A stretch of 64,000 nt of DNA, from positions 24,304,001 to 24,368,000 of the forward strand of contig NW_026262626.1 of assembly GCF_021869535.1 (NCBI RefSeq). Direction: 5' to 3'. This stretch comes from Mytilus californianus. Taxonomy: Eukaryota. Every line of letters starts with the position of its first letter. The stretch's first letter is position 1. A program made the translations under genes and the position numbers. This document shows, one piece after another, positions 1 through 13,442 of this stretch. The notes under the pieces are model-generated. The model was not told the DNA's origin, did not search any database, and saw nothing but the letters and a program-made list of their open reading frames with translations.

Positions 1-542
1 ATTTCAAATGATGTGTAATCATGATATTTTGATACAAATGTGGCAACCGTGATATACAAATACACATGAAATTGTTAAATCTTATTATCATCCGATTGGT
101 AAAATTAAAATGGCTTTCATATTTCTTATGTAATAGTCAATCCTTGGAAGAAGAGTAGTAAGATACGTCTCAAGAATATTTTGTAAATTTTCAAGTCAAT
201 ATTAGAATAGTTAAAAACACACGGCTTGTTTTATGTACTGCTAGTTATTTTCCCAGAATCCTCCTGTGCTCTTGCTTTACATTTTATAGCTTTGAACGAA
301 AATCCGTTTGTTTCTTTCTGGATGCCTTATGCATATCAAACTATAATAAGAAATTAATGAACATGAAACCAAAGAAAGGCAACCTAAGGAATGATACAAT
401 ATACAGTATGTTATAAAGAAATTTACGTATTTATGCTCGTTCACAACATTACGTACTGACGTATTAAACATATATACGATACCGAATTGAAAATAAAACA
501 CAACTAGTATAGAAAAATAATGATCAGATAATAAATGATTAC

Positions 543-734
543 CAGGAAAAAGTATGATGCTTTCATCTTTTCTCCAATAAAATGTGCTATATTTGCCCAA
601 ATGCGTTGTGAGTAATGATTTCGGAACATGTGTATCAAAGACATATCTTAAGGCATCCGTCGCATGCTTCTGACTCAGTAAATAAATCCGGAGAAAATTT
701 GCTTCTTCTTGAGGCAACAGTTTTGAAATGTTTC
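543..734 (-). CDS. Paralog-2 exon 2: N-terminal half of DZIP3-like HEPN domain; gene continues off the left edge
   Basis: Acceptor ttccag| at 735, donor G|GTAATC at 543/542, phase 1-1, 192 nt. Reads (G)NISKLLPQEEANFLRIYLLSQKHATDALRYVFDTHVPKSLLTTHLGKYSTFYWRKDESIILFP(G), which aligns with the 192-nt exon at 18725-18916. Confidence 0.85.
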
Positions 735-1185
735 CTGGAAAAAATAATTATTGAAATAATATTCCTTTAATAGGTATTATGTAGTAATAGTAATCACCGC
801 TCCTAGCAGATGAGCACCTCTTTTCATTATTTGTTTAGAGAAGGATCATTTTGTTTGATGGTCAGGGTGAAGTTTCTGTGTCTAGTCCAAAACAATATAT
901 GCAATATGAAATATTTAGTTCATGATCCCGAGCTCAGCAATGGCTTATTTATTCATCTTTTCGTGACTAAGTGGAGTTCAAGGATTTAATGTTTTCGATT
1001 CAACTTGTGAATCAATTGTTGAAAATATTACACCTCTGATTAAATAAAAACGTTTTATTTATTTGAGTTGCTATCTTTTGACTCTTAAAAAGGAAGTCCA
1101 ACCATAACGCAATAAAAAAAAAAAAAATAAAACCCAAACTAAACACCATTGTCAACCATGGTATCTGCAAACTAAAAGATCTTAC

Positions 1186-1267
1186 CTCTAAACTTCCATA
1201 TACATATACATACAATACTTATTCCTAGTATTGCAGTGAAAAAGATTTTCCTGTCTGTATACTCCAT
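1186..1267 (-). CDS. Paralog-2 first coding exon: N-terminal signal-anchor/TM helix
   Basis: atcATGG start at 1267. Reads MEYTDRKIFFTAILGISIVCICIWKFR(G) with strong donor G|GTAAGA in phase 1, matching exon 543-734. Homologous to 23320-23392 (TAILGI...WKF). Confidence 0.8.
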
Positions 1268-1923
1268 GATTAATTCATACCTAAGGAGGAAATTATTATC
1301 ATGGTAAATTCAATCATAAATAAACAAGACAAATCGTAATCAAAACTAAAAAATATTAATTTTCTCCATAATGTTGTATACATAGGTATGTATATTGCAA
1401 TTGAAAACTCTTAAAGAGCATGCACATGCAATATCGTCTCCATGATTTGTAAATTCATCAAATGTGTCCTAATCAAGATTTTGATATTTTGACTTTTAGT
1501 GAATCGCATGGCGAATGATGAATACAAAGAAGTGAACGATTAAACCGCCACTGCACCAAAGTTGACACTTTTGAAGTTTCTGTAATTCCCTCAGATTTTT
1601 TCTGTACCCTAATTTGGTGACTTTATTATATTGACGTTTTGGTACACTAATGTTGCCTTTATTTAATGACCCCACGAATAATATATTAAATCTAATTCCC
1701 TTGACCTTGTGCAGTCAGCAGTCATCTCATATAATCCTATCAATCGAATATTCTGATGTTTTAAACATTTTTTTAAAGCAGTTAAAGAGGAACAACGTTA
1801 CACAGTGTTAAAGTAAAAAAAAGGTAATGCAGCTAAATAATTTAAGATTTGAGATATACTCATATTTCTTCATTCACACATTATAGTATATGGAGCTTAT
1901 GATTTAATGTTTTGTTAATTTAA

Positions 1924-2622
1924 AGGGGCATTAGCTACAACATATATATAAAAAAAATAAAATTTGATTTTTTTTGTTTCATCATTAATGAAAAGGAAAT
2001 AGTGAAATAAAAATTCGCTTTTAGCAGCCAGTATGGTTCAATTTTGTCAAAATTAGCTAAAAAACATTGCAGATGAATTATTCACTTCCAAGTGAATACT
2101 AGTAATTCAACCTCATTGAATCCGTATTCGTGTGAACTTCAATTTAACCCCTTAGCTAGAGATTGATAACGCATGAATCGTGCATGCTGAGTTATTTAAA
2201 TGAAAAGAATGTCAACATTGAAAGTAAAACAAAGGTAAATCATTTGATTGACTGATTCCATCCACAAAAATCATTTGTATACAGGTAAAAACGATGATTA
2301 ACATATATTTTTAATCTATAAAAGGAAATTAAACAGACATAGAAAAATCAAATAGCACGAGTCGAGTTTCTATTTATATCCATATTTATGTTTATATTGC
2401 TTAATAGGCCATCGGAGGTATTCGGAGGTCAACTTGATAGTTATTTAGATGGCGTCAAGACTAAAATACACACAAAACAAAGCTACATATTAACGAGCTC
2501 ATGCCCTGTAAATTGATTATTTTAGTCTTTTTATAATTTCGAAAAATGTTTTACATTGTTATAAATCAAATATGAGAATTTGAGTGAAATCGGTGAACAT
2601 GATTTCGACAGCTAGTGCCCCT
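1924..2622. mobile_element. Non-autonomous TIR element with TTAA TSD (Kolobok/piggyBac-like MITE)
   Basis: TTAA|AGGGGCATTAGCT ... AGCTAGTGCCCCT|TTAA: 13-bp TIR with 1 mismatch. A second, inverted, decayed copy lies at ~37455-38118. Confidence 0.8.
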
Positions 2623-3964
2623 TTAAGTCAGATCATTTTCAAACACAACATAAGACGCAAAATTGACTTCAAACCGGGTATTCTGTATTTTGAAGACGTT
2701 ATCAGACTTGTTCGCCTTGCGCTACGTTGTGAGCCTATGTTTGAGTAAACCAGAGAGCAAAAAATTGCTTATATTTTGGAAGACCTGCATTTTGTTATCT
2801 GTAGCAACATATTATAAGTTAAAAAAACTTTGATTGAATGGTTCATAAGACAATGTATGGAAAAGACACACAGTACAATGTTCAAATCTATAAAGGGCCA
2901 TAAACCTTAAACGACACCAGTGAAAAACACCAGTGAAAATCGTCATTAGAAGATTTGACTTTCATTTTGTCATCAGTTAAAACATATCAAAATTTGAGAA
3001 GAACATTATCTGAAAGGTTCATAATTTATGTCATTAAACGACATTTTGTGCCATTTTCAGATCTATCAATTGCCCGAATCCCTTAAAGATTAATACGAAT
3101 TCTCAATATATAATACTTTATTTCGTCATAGTTAACACAATATCATAATTTGAAAAGCACTGGTCAAATGGTTCTTTACAAGCTATTGAACGTACACTGT
3201 TTGCAGTCCCTTCGGAAAACCCGGTTAAAACAAATACTAGTAATTATGGAAGGTGGAACTCATTTAGTAAATTTTATAAGAAAATCAATACAAAGGCAAA
3301 AGATGAATATGCTGAAAGCATTAATTTGCGTCCCTCTTTCTCTATATAAATGATTATGTCTATTATATTTTTTGCTTAGATCTACTCAAACATTAACAGG
3401 AAATCTGTCAATATATAATATCTTTTATAAAATATCTACTACAAACTTACCACCATTCCATTACAAAACTCTTATTTCATGTATTTACATACACAGTTTA
3501 TATTTCTATTCAAAAGTGTATGTTATGAATCTATTATATTAAATCATTGATTGGTAATTTGATACGTTTAGCATTATTCCGTTAAACGTGTGCAGTTAAG
3601 TTTTGAAAAGGTGACAATGGATATATTTTTAGCTGTATATCATATGTTTTGGTATTGATATAGATCAATTTTAAAATGAACACTTTTAAACTATGACATG
3701 TTTTCTTTATATTTGTAAAAATGCAACACTGTGTGACAATGGATAATAGCTCTTACCTATTATCAAAACCATATCTTGATCCTCCTTGCATGAACTACTG
3801 ATAGTTGTTAATATTCATAAAGTCAATTCAGAATTATGAGAAACAAGTCAGCACAACTGAGCTAAAACAAAAAAGATATACAGCAACAAATGACAACATC
3901 TGAATAATAAGCTCCTTTTTTACGCTAGATAATCGTATCTTACGTTTTTGCAATGTTTAAAAAC

Positions 3965-4424
3965 CACATATCGTGCTGGGCTTCGAAAATGTCGTATATG
4001 ACTTTTTTGGCTTAAATTACTTTTTGTCACAAATCATTTTGGCGGAAGGGAATCATTAATATTCCAAAATAGCATACAGTTAGACCAATCAAAACATTTG
4101 AAATAAGACATGTTACAAAATTTCCAATCTCAGTTGTTTGTAAAGTTTGCTTCAAAATGTTGTATGTAAACTTGAAATTTGTTGTATAATGGCTTTTGGA
4201 ATCAAATAATTGTACATTTCTTTATTTTTTCGAACATAAATTAAGTTTTGGGGTAATCCAGAAATGTCAAAGTTTTTATTTCACTGCCATTTACAAAAAT
4301 TGTCAAGTTCACATACGACAATTTGGAAGCATGCATTTCGACAAAATTTTAAAAGCCTGTTTTTGAGAATGTTTTTTTTAAATTAGTAATTTACAACATT
4401 TTGGAAGCCCAGCGACGATATACT
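3965..4424. mobile_element. MITE with ~28-bp imperfect TIRs
   Basis: ATATCGTGCTGGGCTTCGAAAATGTCGT (~3969) is the inverted complement of ACAACATTTTGGAAGCCCAGCGACGATATA (~4393-4421). Confidence 0.65.
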
Positions 4425-5089
4425 GTTTGTATTAACTTTTATCCATCATTTATGGAGGTATTCAACTTACCGTCATGTCTCTGATAATATGATTTTTATT
4501 CAAATTCATCCGTAAATACATAAATCCAAACTCAGTATAGATTCTTATTTAACGTAATGTTGATCATTATTGATTTAACTTGTGTAATCATCACATATAA
4601 CGATTGCATTGAATCTAATTATAATTAGATATTGATTGCGTTTTGTGAACGTGAATCAATTAAAATATTACCATTTCGAAATATGATCTCCGTTTTTCTT
4701 CATATTCATATAACGCATAACTATTTAATCAATCAAATGCATTCATATATATATTTAGGATAAACAGTAAGTGTTTAGGAAACTCCCTAAATTAATAATC
4801 ATTTGTTATGTTGTACAATATGTTCATAACTGTTTTTGGATCTTCTTGTTTATGGCATTGTATACATGTACCTTTATATCACCTTTATCAATCATAGATA
4901 AAGTACACATTTTTATTTAAGATTTAACATTCACAAGCCTAGTACAAGCAGACATGAAAAATTTCGAGGAAACAAATGAAGAATTATGTGACAAAATAAA
5001 CTTCCAATCGATCCATTATTGTAATATGATAAAAAAAATAATTATTTTGATTGAATGCACAAATTTGATAACTGTCTGATTCTAATAGA

Positions 5090-5910
5090 ATTATGACGAC
5101 CCAACCTATCGGTTTTATAAATCAAAATATATGTTATCCTCAAAAGCTAACAAAACCTTTAAACAGACTTATTAAGAAGGGATATAGTTACGATACTGTT
5201 GTCAGGTCATTAAAGATTGCATATTTTGGCTTTAATATTGATTCACTTATAGGGTCTTTGCATCGGAATTAACACATTTATTCTAAAACCAGTTGTTGGC
5301 ATGACACAGGTTATGTTCTTCTCATATATTGTATGACGGTATAATACTAAACCCCTAACAGGAGGGATTGTGCCTGATATTCATATGATGAAGACATAAT
5401 CTTTCAATCAGTTTAATTGAGGTCTGGAGCTGGCATGTCAGTAACTGCTAGTAGTCTGTTGTTATTTATGTATTATTGTCATTTTGTTTATTTTCTTTTG
5501 TTTCCTTTTTTGACATCGGACTCGGACTTCTCTTATACTGAGTTTTACTGTGCGTACTGTTGTGCGTTTGTTTTTCTACATTGGCTAGAGGTATAGGGGG
5601 AGGGTTGAGATCTCAAAAACATGTTTAACCCCGCCGCATTTTTGCGCCTGTCCCAAGTCAGGAGCCTCTGGCCTTTGTTAGTCTTGTATCATTTTTAATT
5701 TTAGTTTCCTGTGTATAATTTGGAGTTTAGTATGACGTCCATTATCACTGAACTAGTATACTTATTCGTTTAGGGGCCAGCTGAAGGACGCATCCGGGTG
5801 CGGTAGTTTCTCGCTGCATTGAAGACCCATTGGTGGCATTTGGCTGTTGTCTGCTCTATGGTCGGATTGTTGTCTCTTTGACATTCCCCATTTCCATTCT
5901 CAATTTTATA
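5090..5910 (+). mobile_element. 5'-truncated retroelement-like repeat (family A) with RT C-terminal remnant
   Basis: Remnant reading ...KPLNRLIKKGYSYDTVVRSLKIAYFGFNIDSLIGSLHRN*, then a conserved 3' region (AACCCCGCCGCATTTTTGCGCCTGTCCCAAGTCAGGAGCC). Shorter copies at ~27380, 30905, 47370 and 59905. Confidence 0.7.
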
Positions 5911-8654
5911 TCATTTCACGGGGAAAGTTGTTAATAACAAGAGGAAAACATATAATTAACTACCAATTGTTAAGAGATCAATTGCAGGTCTTTCCACCCA
6001 AAACGATTTATTTTGATACGAAAATATTGAATCCAGTTTAAAACGTCATTTCCAGTGTCAATTGATATCTTATTGTATGCTGATTCAAAAAAATATATGA
6101 TTTCTATACACTTTTGTTTGAAATAAGGAATAAATTGTTTCTTCTGGTCTTATAAATGTCGCTTCCGGTGATAGTTTACCTGACACAGATTCCAAAAAAA
6201 AATATGGTTCTATATATTTGTACATTAAATAACAAGAAGTCGAAAATTAGCTGCTTCTGGTTTACATAAGGTCATTTCCGGTTGGAGTTGTCAAGATCAT
6301 ATGGCTTGCAACCTAAATAAAAAAATCCCCTGGCTTTATCACGTATACATATAAAGAAAAAGCAAAGGTTAAAATCTAGAACATCAAATATATCTATGAC
6401 CTTGACCTCAATTTCAAGTTCATTAAGCAAGGACCTTAAAGCAAAAGTCCCTTAGTCATTATTATATATTGTTAATGAGTTAAATCACCATACGTTGCGT
6501 ATTTACATGACGATACCGGTATATGGGTATTTAGTCGGATCTTAACCGGAAATTGTGATAATATTAAAAAACCAAAACAGATAAAAATTATAAACAATGT
6601 CAAAATGTTCTGGCTTTAATTCAATCTGTATTTGGGTAAATTGATGCAAGCATACGATCTGTATTGCGTCTTATACCATGAGAGGCAAATAATCTTAAAC
6701 TGATATATTATATTACTGTGTAAACACAATTTGTGAAAGTCAAGTAGTTCGAGCATTTTTCTGAGTAAGTTGTAAAACAGTTTCAAACAAATATTCTTTC
6801 CTGGGGATTAGCATTCATTAGTCATCACTATCCTAACAACTTTTTGTTATATTGATAATTTAGAATCTTCATTGAAGGTGGAACACAAATGCGGTGTTAA
6901 TCAATGCGTTATTGGATCTCTTGAACAGGTTCATAATTATTTTTATATTTTAATATATTATTTAGTTACATACAGAATGCAAGATATTAGAACACTGTCC
7001 ATACCAGCCTTGCATGAGAAATTGCGGTAGTTCTTAACCCCCTCAGCCAAAAGATACTATAACAGTGCATTTGCCTGAAATAGATACATGATACTGTCTT
7101 TTTATAATATGAGGTAAAACAATCAGGTGAATAACACACGTGTTAATAGACACCTGTAGTCATTCTGCTGTCAAGGGTACACTGTTTTAAATTGTGTCCA
7201 CATCATCTAACCTACAACAGCATTGATCCTGCTACTTGTAAAATCATTCATTCTTTATATATGGCGCACATAATTATGTCAGAAATGAAATGAAGCAGAC
7301 AAATTGTCTAAATATAGTTGCATTAATTGATTCATTAAAGACAAATACATGTATGCTAAGACACCCCTAACACAGACACACACAAGCTACACATACGCAC
7401 AAACTGAAAAGCAGAACAACAACCACCACTTTATTCCAGAAACTTCAAACTTATGTCAAATGCTGTAGCGAGATATTTTGATTAGAACCTTCAATTAACG
7501 TTAAAACAGTTTTCCACTAAAAATGAATGTTACTTTATTCAATTATAAGGACCTAGCTACCCATACCTACTATTTTTTTTTTGACATTATGAATTTTGAT
7601 GACAACAGATAAACATTCTACCAAACGTGTAATATTGAATATAAGAGGGAATACAACTCCCATTTAATATCAACGTTCCCTTTCAACCAAAATTTATGTG
7701 TAACGACCTGTCCCACCAAGAAATAAATAAGGATATGTTGTTAATATCTTTTACGGTTTAAAAAAAAAATGGAAAATAAGTCAAAATCACAATTTAGAAT
7801 ATGACATTGACCTTTAAACTTGATCTAATTTTCTTATTTTTGGACAAGGGACATCAAATCAAAAGACCCCACGACTCTATAACGTATGGTTTGTCATTCC
7901 TAAAACGGTTAACGTTTTCTACCATTTTATGATTCGGTGATTCTAATAATTCACATTGACATCACATGTGTGCCATGTAGAATTTCGGGAACATTCTGTA
8001 TTGGTCGAAACAATTCGCAAAATGTATATTTGCATTTTGCAATAAATAATGTTACGTTTACCAAACATTTGAATCGCGACCAAATGTTTGGAAAGTCAAC
8101 TACATAAAACGTGAACATAACAACCGTTTTAGCTAAACGAAACAGCCATTATTAATGGTCAACTATACCTGATGATTTGTCAATGCTGTCTGTGACTAAA
8201 ATTAAATGCGCAAAAAACAACAATCTTTCAACTTCTTGAATCATGGTTACCATGGAGACTGAAAATCTAACAACAGTGATACTGACCTAGCTGTAGGAAT
8301 TAACCTACGTTAAATGTGTTGCGCAAGCAACCATTTCAAGTACGTTTGTGACTAAACACTTGTAAACAATAAGATAACAATAACAGCAATATTCGACCCT
8401 ATTACAGATAGCTGCAGAATCCAGCAACCGATTTATCCAAACAAATACACGTATAAACAACAAAAACCATAATATTGTCTGAATAGCCTGACTTGAGACA
8501 GGCAGACAAGTCATATTTTTTTTGTTTTGTATGTTTAAAATATATTTATGAATTTACATTACATGCATTATGAGATACGAGGCGTGAAAATACTACCTAT
8601 TATTTATACAATTAACTTCATGTTTACAAACAAGTACTAAAATAACGACTATAG

Positions 8655-8790
8655 ATGGAGCAAGATCTGATACCCTAACTGAGCACCTGAAATCACCAAC
8701 GACTTTATTAGGGTTCGTGTTGCTCAATCTAGTTTTTATGTTTTGTTTTGTGTACTGTTAATGTTGATACGGTTTCCATTTTTGCCACAG
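8655..8790 (+). mobile_element. 3' fragment of Penelope-like element (family B)
   Basis: GAGCACCTGAAATCACC...GGGTTCGTGTTGCTCAATC motif shared with 18400-18570, 35690, 41930 and 52700. Confidence 0.55.
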
Positions 8791-9452
8791 ATTGTTTTCG
8801 ACTTATGAAACGCCCATATAACATATATGAACGACTTGCAACTTTGCTAAGATTAGTTCAAATCTTGAAGTAGGTTTGATGTGATACCCAACTTTTATAT
8901 AATAGGTCTATCCGTGATTCGACTTTTGGGATAAATAGCATAAGCAAAAATCATACAATAAATTAATTCTACAGTGAAACTGTATCGTTTAAAAAATGTT
9001 GAATTGTATTTTATAACAAGTTTTTGAAAGCAGATCAACTTTTAAAAAAGTGCATTTTGATTGTGGTAACTTGCAATTGACCGTCAGTTATCTGTTTGAA
9101 AACGAAAACAAAGTCATTACCATATACAAAAACTCAGCAACATTCTTTATTAGATATGAGAACGCGATGTTGTCGTTGGTTGCCTTTTTCACAATTGCCC
9201 TTTTCATTCTGTGTTATTATATTTAATCATGCTGCAGTTGCTAACTGTTTCAAATTTTGTAGTTTTGAGTTGAATGATTGATTGATTCTTAGCTAGAGCC
9301 AAATATTTTATGCATATTCAAGACGAAAACAATTTAACAATAAATCAAATAGGTAGATTTTTAAAAGAAGATCGATCTGCATGAAAATCGGAAATTGTGA
9401 CTCTTTTTGGACAAAAAGATAAAATATCGACGAATAAGACGATGAGATTTCT

Positions 9453-12429
9453 TCACACAGAAAATCTTCTAATCCGTTGTTTAAGGAAAAACATTATGAA
9501 CCAATATTCCTCAACATCCCGTTTGCTTACAGTCTTATTTCCAGCTTTGTCTAATAATGAAACAGCCTTCAGACATTCTCTAAATACCTCGTTAGGGTAA
9601 TTTTCCCATCTATATTTACTTTCCTTCAAAAGAGTTTTGTTTTGTTCAAATAACTTTCTTGTGCATTCTAAAAGTGACACAGAGTTATAATCCCGAACAT
9701 TGGATGATTTGCATAAGTCAAACAATGATTTGACCTTTTCAACACGTTTATTCACGCCTGATTTAGTTATAGCATATTCTAGGAGTAAATGTTTCTTTTT
9801 ATTATCTAGTTTACTTCCTAAACCAAGCTTAACTAAATGTTTTATACCATCTTCATCAGTATCTTTAGAAATAAACGACAGAAGAGGCAAATTGTGATTT
9901 CTATTTATACTGCAACTTGTGTCTTGGAATACTTCAAAATCGAACAAGTCAACCAACAGCTGAAATAATTGAAAGTTTCCGATGAATGGTTTTCGTCTAT
10001 TTTCTAATGATACAATCTGTAGTAATATTTCAGAATAATTTTTCCACAGAGCAATTTGCATAGTTGTTACTCCACCTTCATTTTTCATTTTATAATCGGC
10101 CCCATTTTGGAGAAGAAAGTTAGCAATTTCGACTCTCCCTTTCATTAATGTAATCATGAAGGGTAATCTTTCACCTGATAATTGGTTATTTACTTCAGCA
10201 TTATTGTTCAGCAAAGTCTTCAATACATTCACGTGACCATTTTCTACTGATGCTAAAAGGGGCGATGTGCCATGTTCGTCACATATGTTAACATCTCCAC
10301 CGTTCTTTATCAAATACGAAACAACGTCTGAATGACCTTCTTTAGACGCAACGCACAATGGTGATTCGTTATGGTTATCACACAAATTCACATCTGCCCC
10401 ACTTTCTACAAGGATTTTTACGATTTCTATAAAACCCCCATATGAAGCTTGGAATAAAGGTGTCATATTACTGTATCCAGTAATGTCCACGTCAGCGCCG
10501 TTTTGGACGAGACAGCTAACTATATCAGAATATCCTTGTATTGCTGCGATGTACAAGGAGGGTACACAACCACTTATCATATACATATTTGGTATATTTT
10601 TATTTACGTCTGCACCATTTTGAACTGAATATTTTACGATTTCATAATATCCATTCTCTGATGCAACATTAATATAGGAAATTCGTAATCGAAATCAGCC
10701 AAATTCACATCAGCACCAGCTCTAACTAACAGTTCTACAATCTTAAAATTATTAAACTGACATGCTGCAGTGAGAGGACTAAGCGTTCTATGATGATTAG
10801 CTTCAAGAAAATCGTCATCCATATACATTGATGTAGAGTTTATGCTCTTCTTCTTTACATACTTCAGAATTGTTTCAATTAAACCTGGATCGCCATTGTA
10901 AACTGACAACACAAGTAACCTAGCTTGTTCTTCTGTGCTTGAACCAAAAACCAAATCAGTCGACTCGTTATGATCATGCACATGCCTCACAATTTCTTGT
11001 AAAAGTCGAATGTGCCCGAAATAAACAACCCAACTGATAACTAGAATTCTATGAATGTTGTAACGCAAATTTTTGTCTTCAAATTCGCCTTCTCTTTTAT
11101 CAGTTAAAAGCGCTCTTTTGAAGGTTTCATCATAATAAGTAGACCCAGCTTCTTCTTCATGGTCCTTATCTTTTTCCTGGGTATTAATCAAATGATCGCA
11201 GTCACCAAAGAAAGAAAACTTATGACCTAAAAATGTCTTTTTAAAGTCGTTATACGGTTTCTTCTTCATTAATTGTATGAACACATCTAGAAATGGCTCA
11301 TATTTTAAAGCCTTGTTCATAAAAACATCGAACAATTGATTTGATTCAAGATCTGAATAAATACGTTCAGCTAAGTTTGAAAAATATTTTTCTGTAATCT
11401 TAATGCTCAACTCATCAAATGAAGAGTTCCCGAATACAATTACCTTACTTGATATAAAGTCACTTGGCATATACTCCAATATTTGTTCAGGGAAGACCTG
11501 GCCATAGTGAAAAGCGATTGCTTCGTAAATTGAATCATGTATAAACGAATATTCACTTTCTATCAGCACTACGTATGTTCCTTCAATATGAGATAAGGCA
11601 TCGATTATCTTTCTGTCTGCAGTTCCTCGATCTAATCCGCAAGAGTTGTAAATTCTTTTCTTTACATTTTTGAAAGGCAGGTTTTCCTTTGACAGCTTTC
11701 TATTGTTTACTAGACATAATACCAAAGACACATATTGTGCGGTGTTTGTTTTTTGAAGTTTACTCATTTCTTCAAGTAAATAATCAAAGGGCCTTTCAAA
11801 AAAATCTGAGCCAAACATTTGATATTTTACATTAGCTGCAAACAATTGACACAAAAATGGAAACATTATTTTGGCAGACGTTAGCGATAAGTTGATATAG
11901 AGCTTCTTATCGATACCTGCTTTTAAACAGTGGTTTGTCAAAATTTGTATTTTCTCTAGTTCATTTAAGTCATTGGTCTTGCTTTCCAAGTCAACAATAT
12001 GTTTTAAAACGAATGGTTTTAATCCGATAGCTTCATTATATACCGTCTTTCGACAAGTAAACACAATCTTTGATCTGTTATTAATAGAATTGAGAATAGT
12101 TTTCTTACATGAGACTATATTATTTAATCTGCTCAGATCTAGAGCAAAACTCCCTAAGACATCATCTAATAAAAACACTTGTCGAATATTACCGTTTCCA
12201 TATCGTACAATTTCATCCTCATTATAAACAGGGATAACCTCCCATCCCAACCTTTCGAACAGTAGTGCAATATGTCTTCCAGTCGCTGTTTTACCAGAAC
12301 CAGGACCGCCGATAAAAGTCACCATAATTTGTTTGTTTACCTCTTCATAAGCCTCTTTGTATCCACGTGTTTAATTGCAGAACACAATATCATGCATTTT
12401 CCAATCTTTTAGTATTCTAAGTTGGCCTT
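9453..12429 (-). CDS. Paralog-1 exon 5: nSTAND3-type P-loop NTPase, helical domain, ~8 ankyrin repeats, C-terminal tail
   Basis: Walker A GGPGSGKT, Walker B VFLLDDVLG, sensor-like IVFTCRK. Ankyrin consensus repeats such as TPLFQASYGGFIEIVKILVESGADVN and SPLCVASKEGHSDVVSYLIKNGGDVN. Joins ORFs 10634..12325 and 9453..10586 across a frameshift (FPIL-x-VASENGYYEIVKY). Confidence 0.9.
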
Positions 12430-12574
12430 CTTAAATTAAACAAAACAAAGTCATGCTTGATTTCAAAATTATTCTGTTTAATATTCAAAACATGTATTTT
12501 TTTAAACGGAATAAGACATTATATATGTAACATCCAATGCATTAAACGGATATTTACTGCTTGCAAAAGTATGA

Positions 12575-12790
12575 ATTATTCTTTATACTAAGGACTTTCC
12601 TATCCCAGGCATATATAACCTTAGCCGTATTTGGCACAACTTTTCGGAATTTTGGATCATCAATGCTCTTCCACTTTATACTTTTTTTGGCTTTCTTACT
12701 TTTTTGATATGAGCGTCACTGATGAGTCTTATGAAGACGAAACGCGCGTCTGGCTTTTTAACTTATAAGCCTGGTACCTTTGATAAATAT
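12575..12790 (+). repeat. Dispersed repeat family E (TCACTGATGAGTCTT...GACGAAACGCGCGTCTGGC)
   Basis: Same motif inverted at ~29540-29665, direct at ~45985-46135 and decayed at ~54300-54520. I recall this as an abundant Mytilus repeat. Confidence 0.65.
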
Positions 12791-12859
12791 TAGTACGTCG
12801 AAATGTACTATTGTATTGTTTATTGTTGTATTTTTCTGTCCTGAACGTTCTTGCATTTA

Positions 12860-13140
12860 TTTGTACCGTAGTCCTGTCATGTAATGTTGTCATTATAGTG
12901 TTATATTTAACATTGCCACAAAAGTAGATTCAACCCACCATTTGTACCAAGTCAGGAAAACGGCAGTTGTTATCTTATAGTTCGTTTCTGTGTGTGTTGC
13001 ATAGCCGTTTGTTTTTTGTTGCACTTCAGTGTTTCTGTTGTTTCGTTGTTTTCCTCTTATAGTTGACGCGTTTCCCTCGGATTTAGTTTGTAACTCGGAT
13101 TTGTTTTCTCTCAATCGATTTATGACTTTCGAACAGCAGT
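12860..13140 (+). repeat. Dispersed repeat family D (TGTACCAAGTCAGGAA core)
   Basis: Core TGTACCAAGTCAGGAA also at 24900-25190 (-), 25635-25810 (-), 26740-26880 (+) and ~38950-39100. Confidence 0.6.
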
Positions 13141-13442
13141 ATACAACTGTTGCCTTTATTAATACCTCTCATAGCGTGGTTCATTGATTGTTGAACAGCA
13201 TTTATCTCCATTTAAAACACTGTTTGCGTTAAGAAATTTGTCTTAAGTTCTCATTTTAATACTGACTTCTTAGTTCCAAAATGAAAAGCAATCGTTAATT
13301 GATATAGCAAAGCTGATTCGACCACTCCATATGATACATTTATTTAAGAAATAATTATTACCGGCCCTAAATATGTTGATAGTAATTTTTTACCTACATG
13401 AACCTGTTAAAATATCATTAAGACTTTGAATTCAACACTTAC

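Noticed and set aside
1012-1165. Hydrophobic stretch in ORF 1012..1215 (GFIFFFFIALW) as a TM exon
   Set aside because: It derives from a 14-nt poly-T run and lies just inside the intron after the real donor at 1185; its possible donors are weak or out of phase.
3756-3798. Possible upstream exon of paralog 2
   Set aside because: Splice signals only; no convincing similarity to paralog 1 and frame ambiguous.
6970-7250. Cys-containing minus-strand fragments as an ectodomain for paralog 2
   Set aside because: Stops in every frame and no recognisable Cys spacing.
9700-12227. Plus-strand ORFs 9700..9897 and 11973..12227
   Set aside because: Antisense shadows of the STAND-ANK exon.
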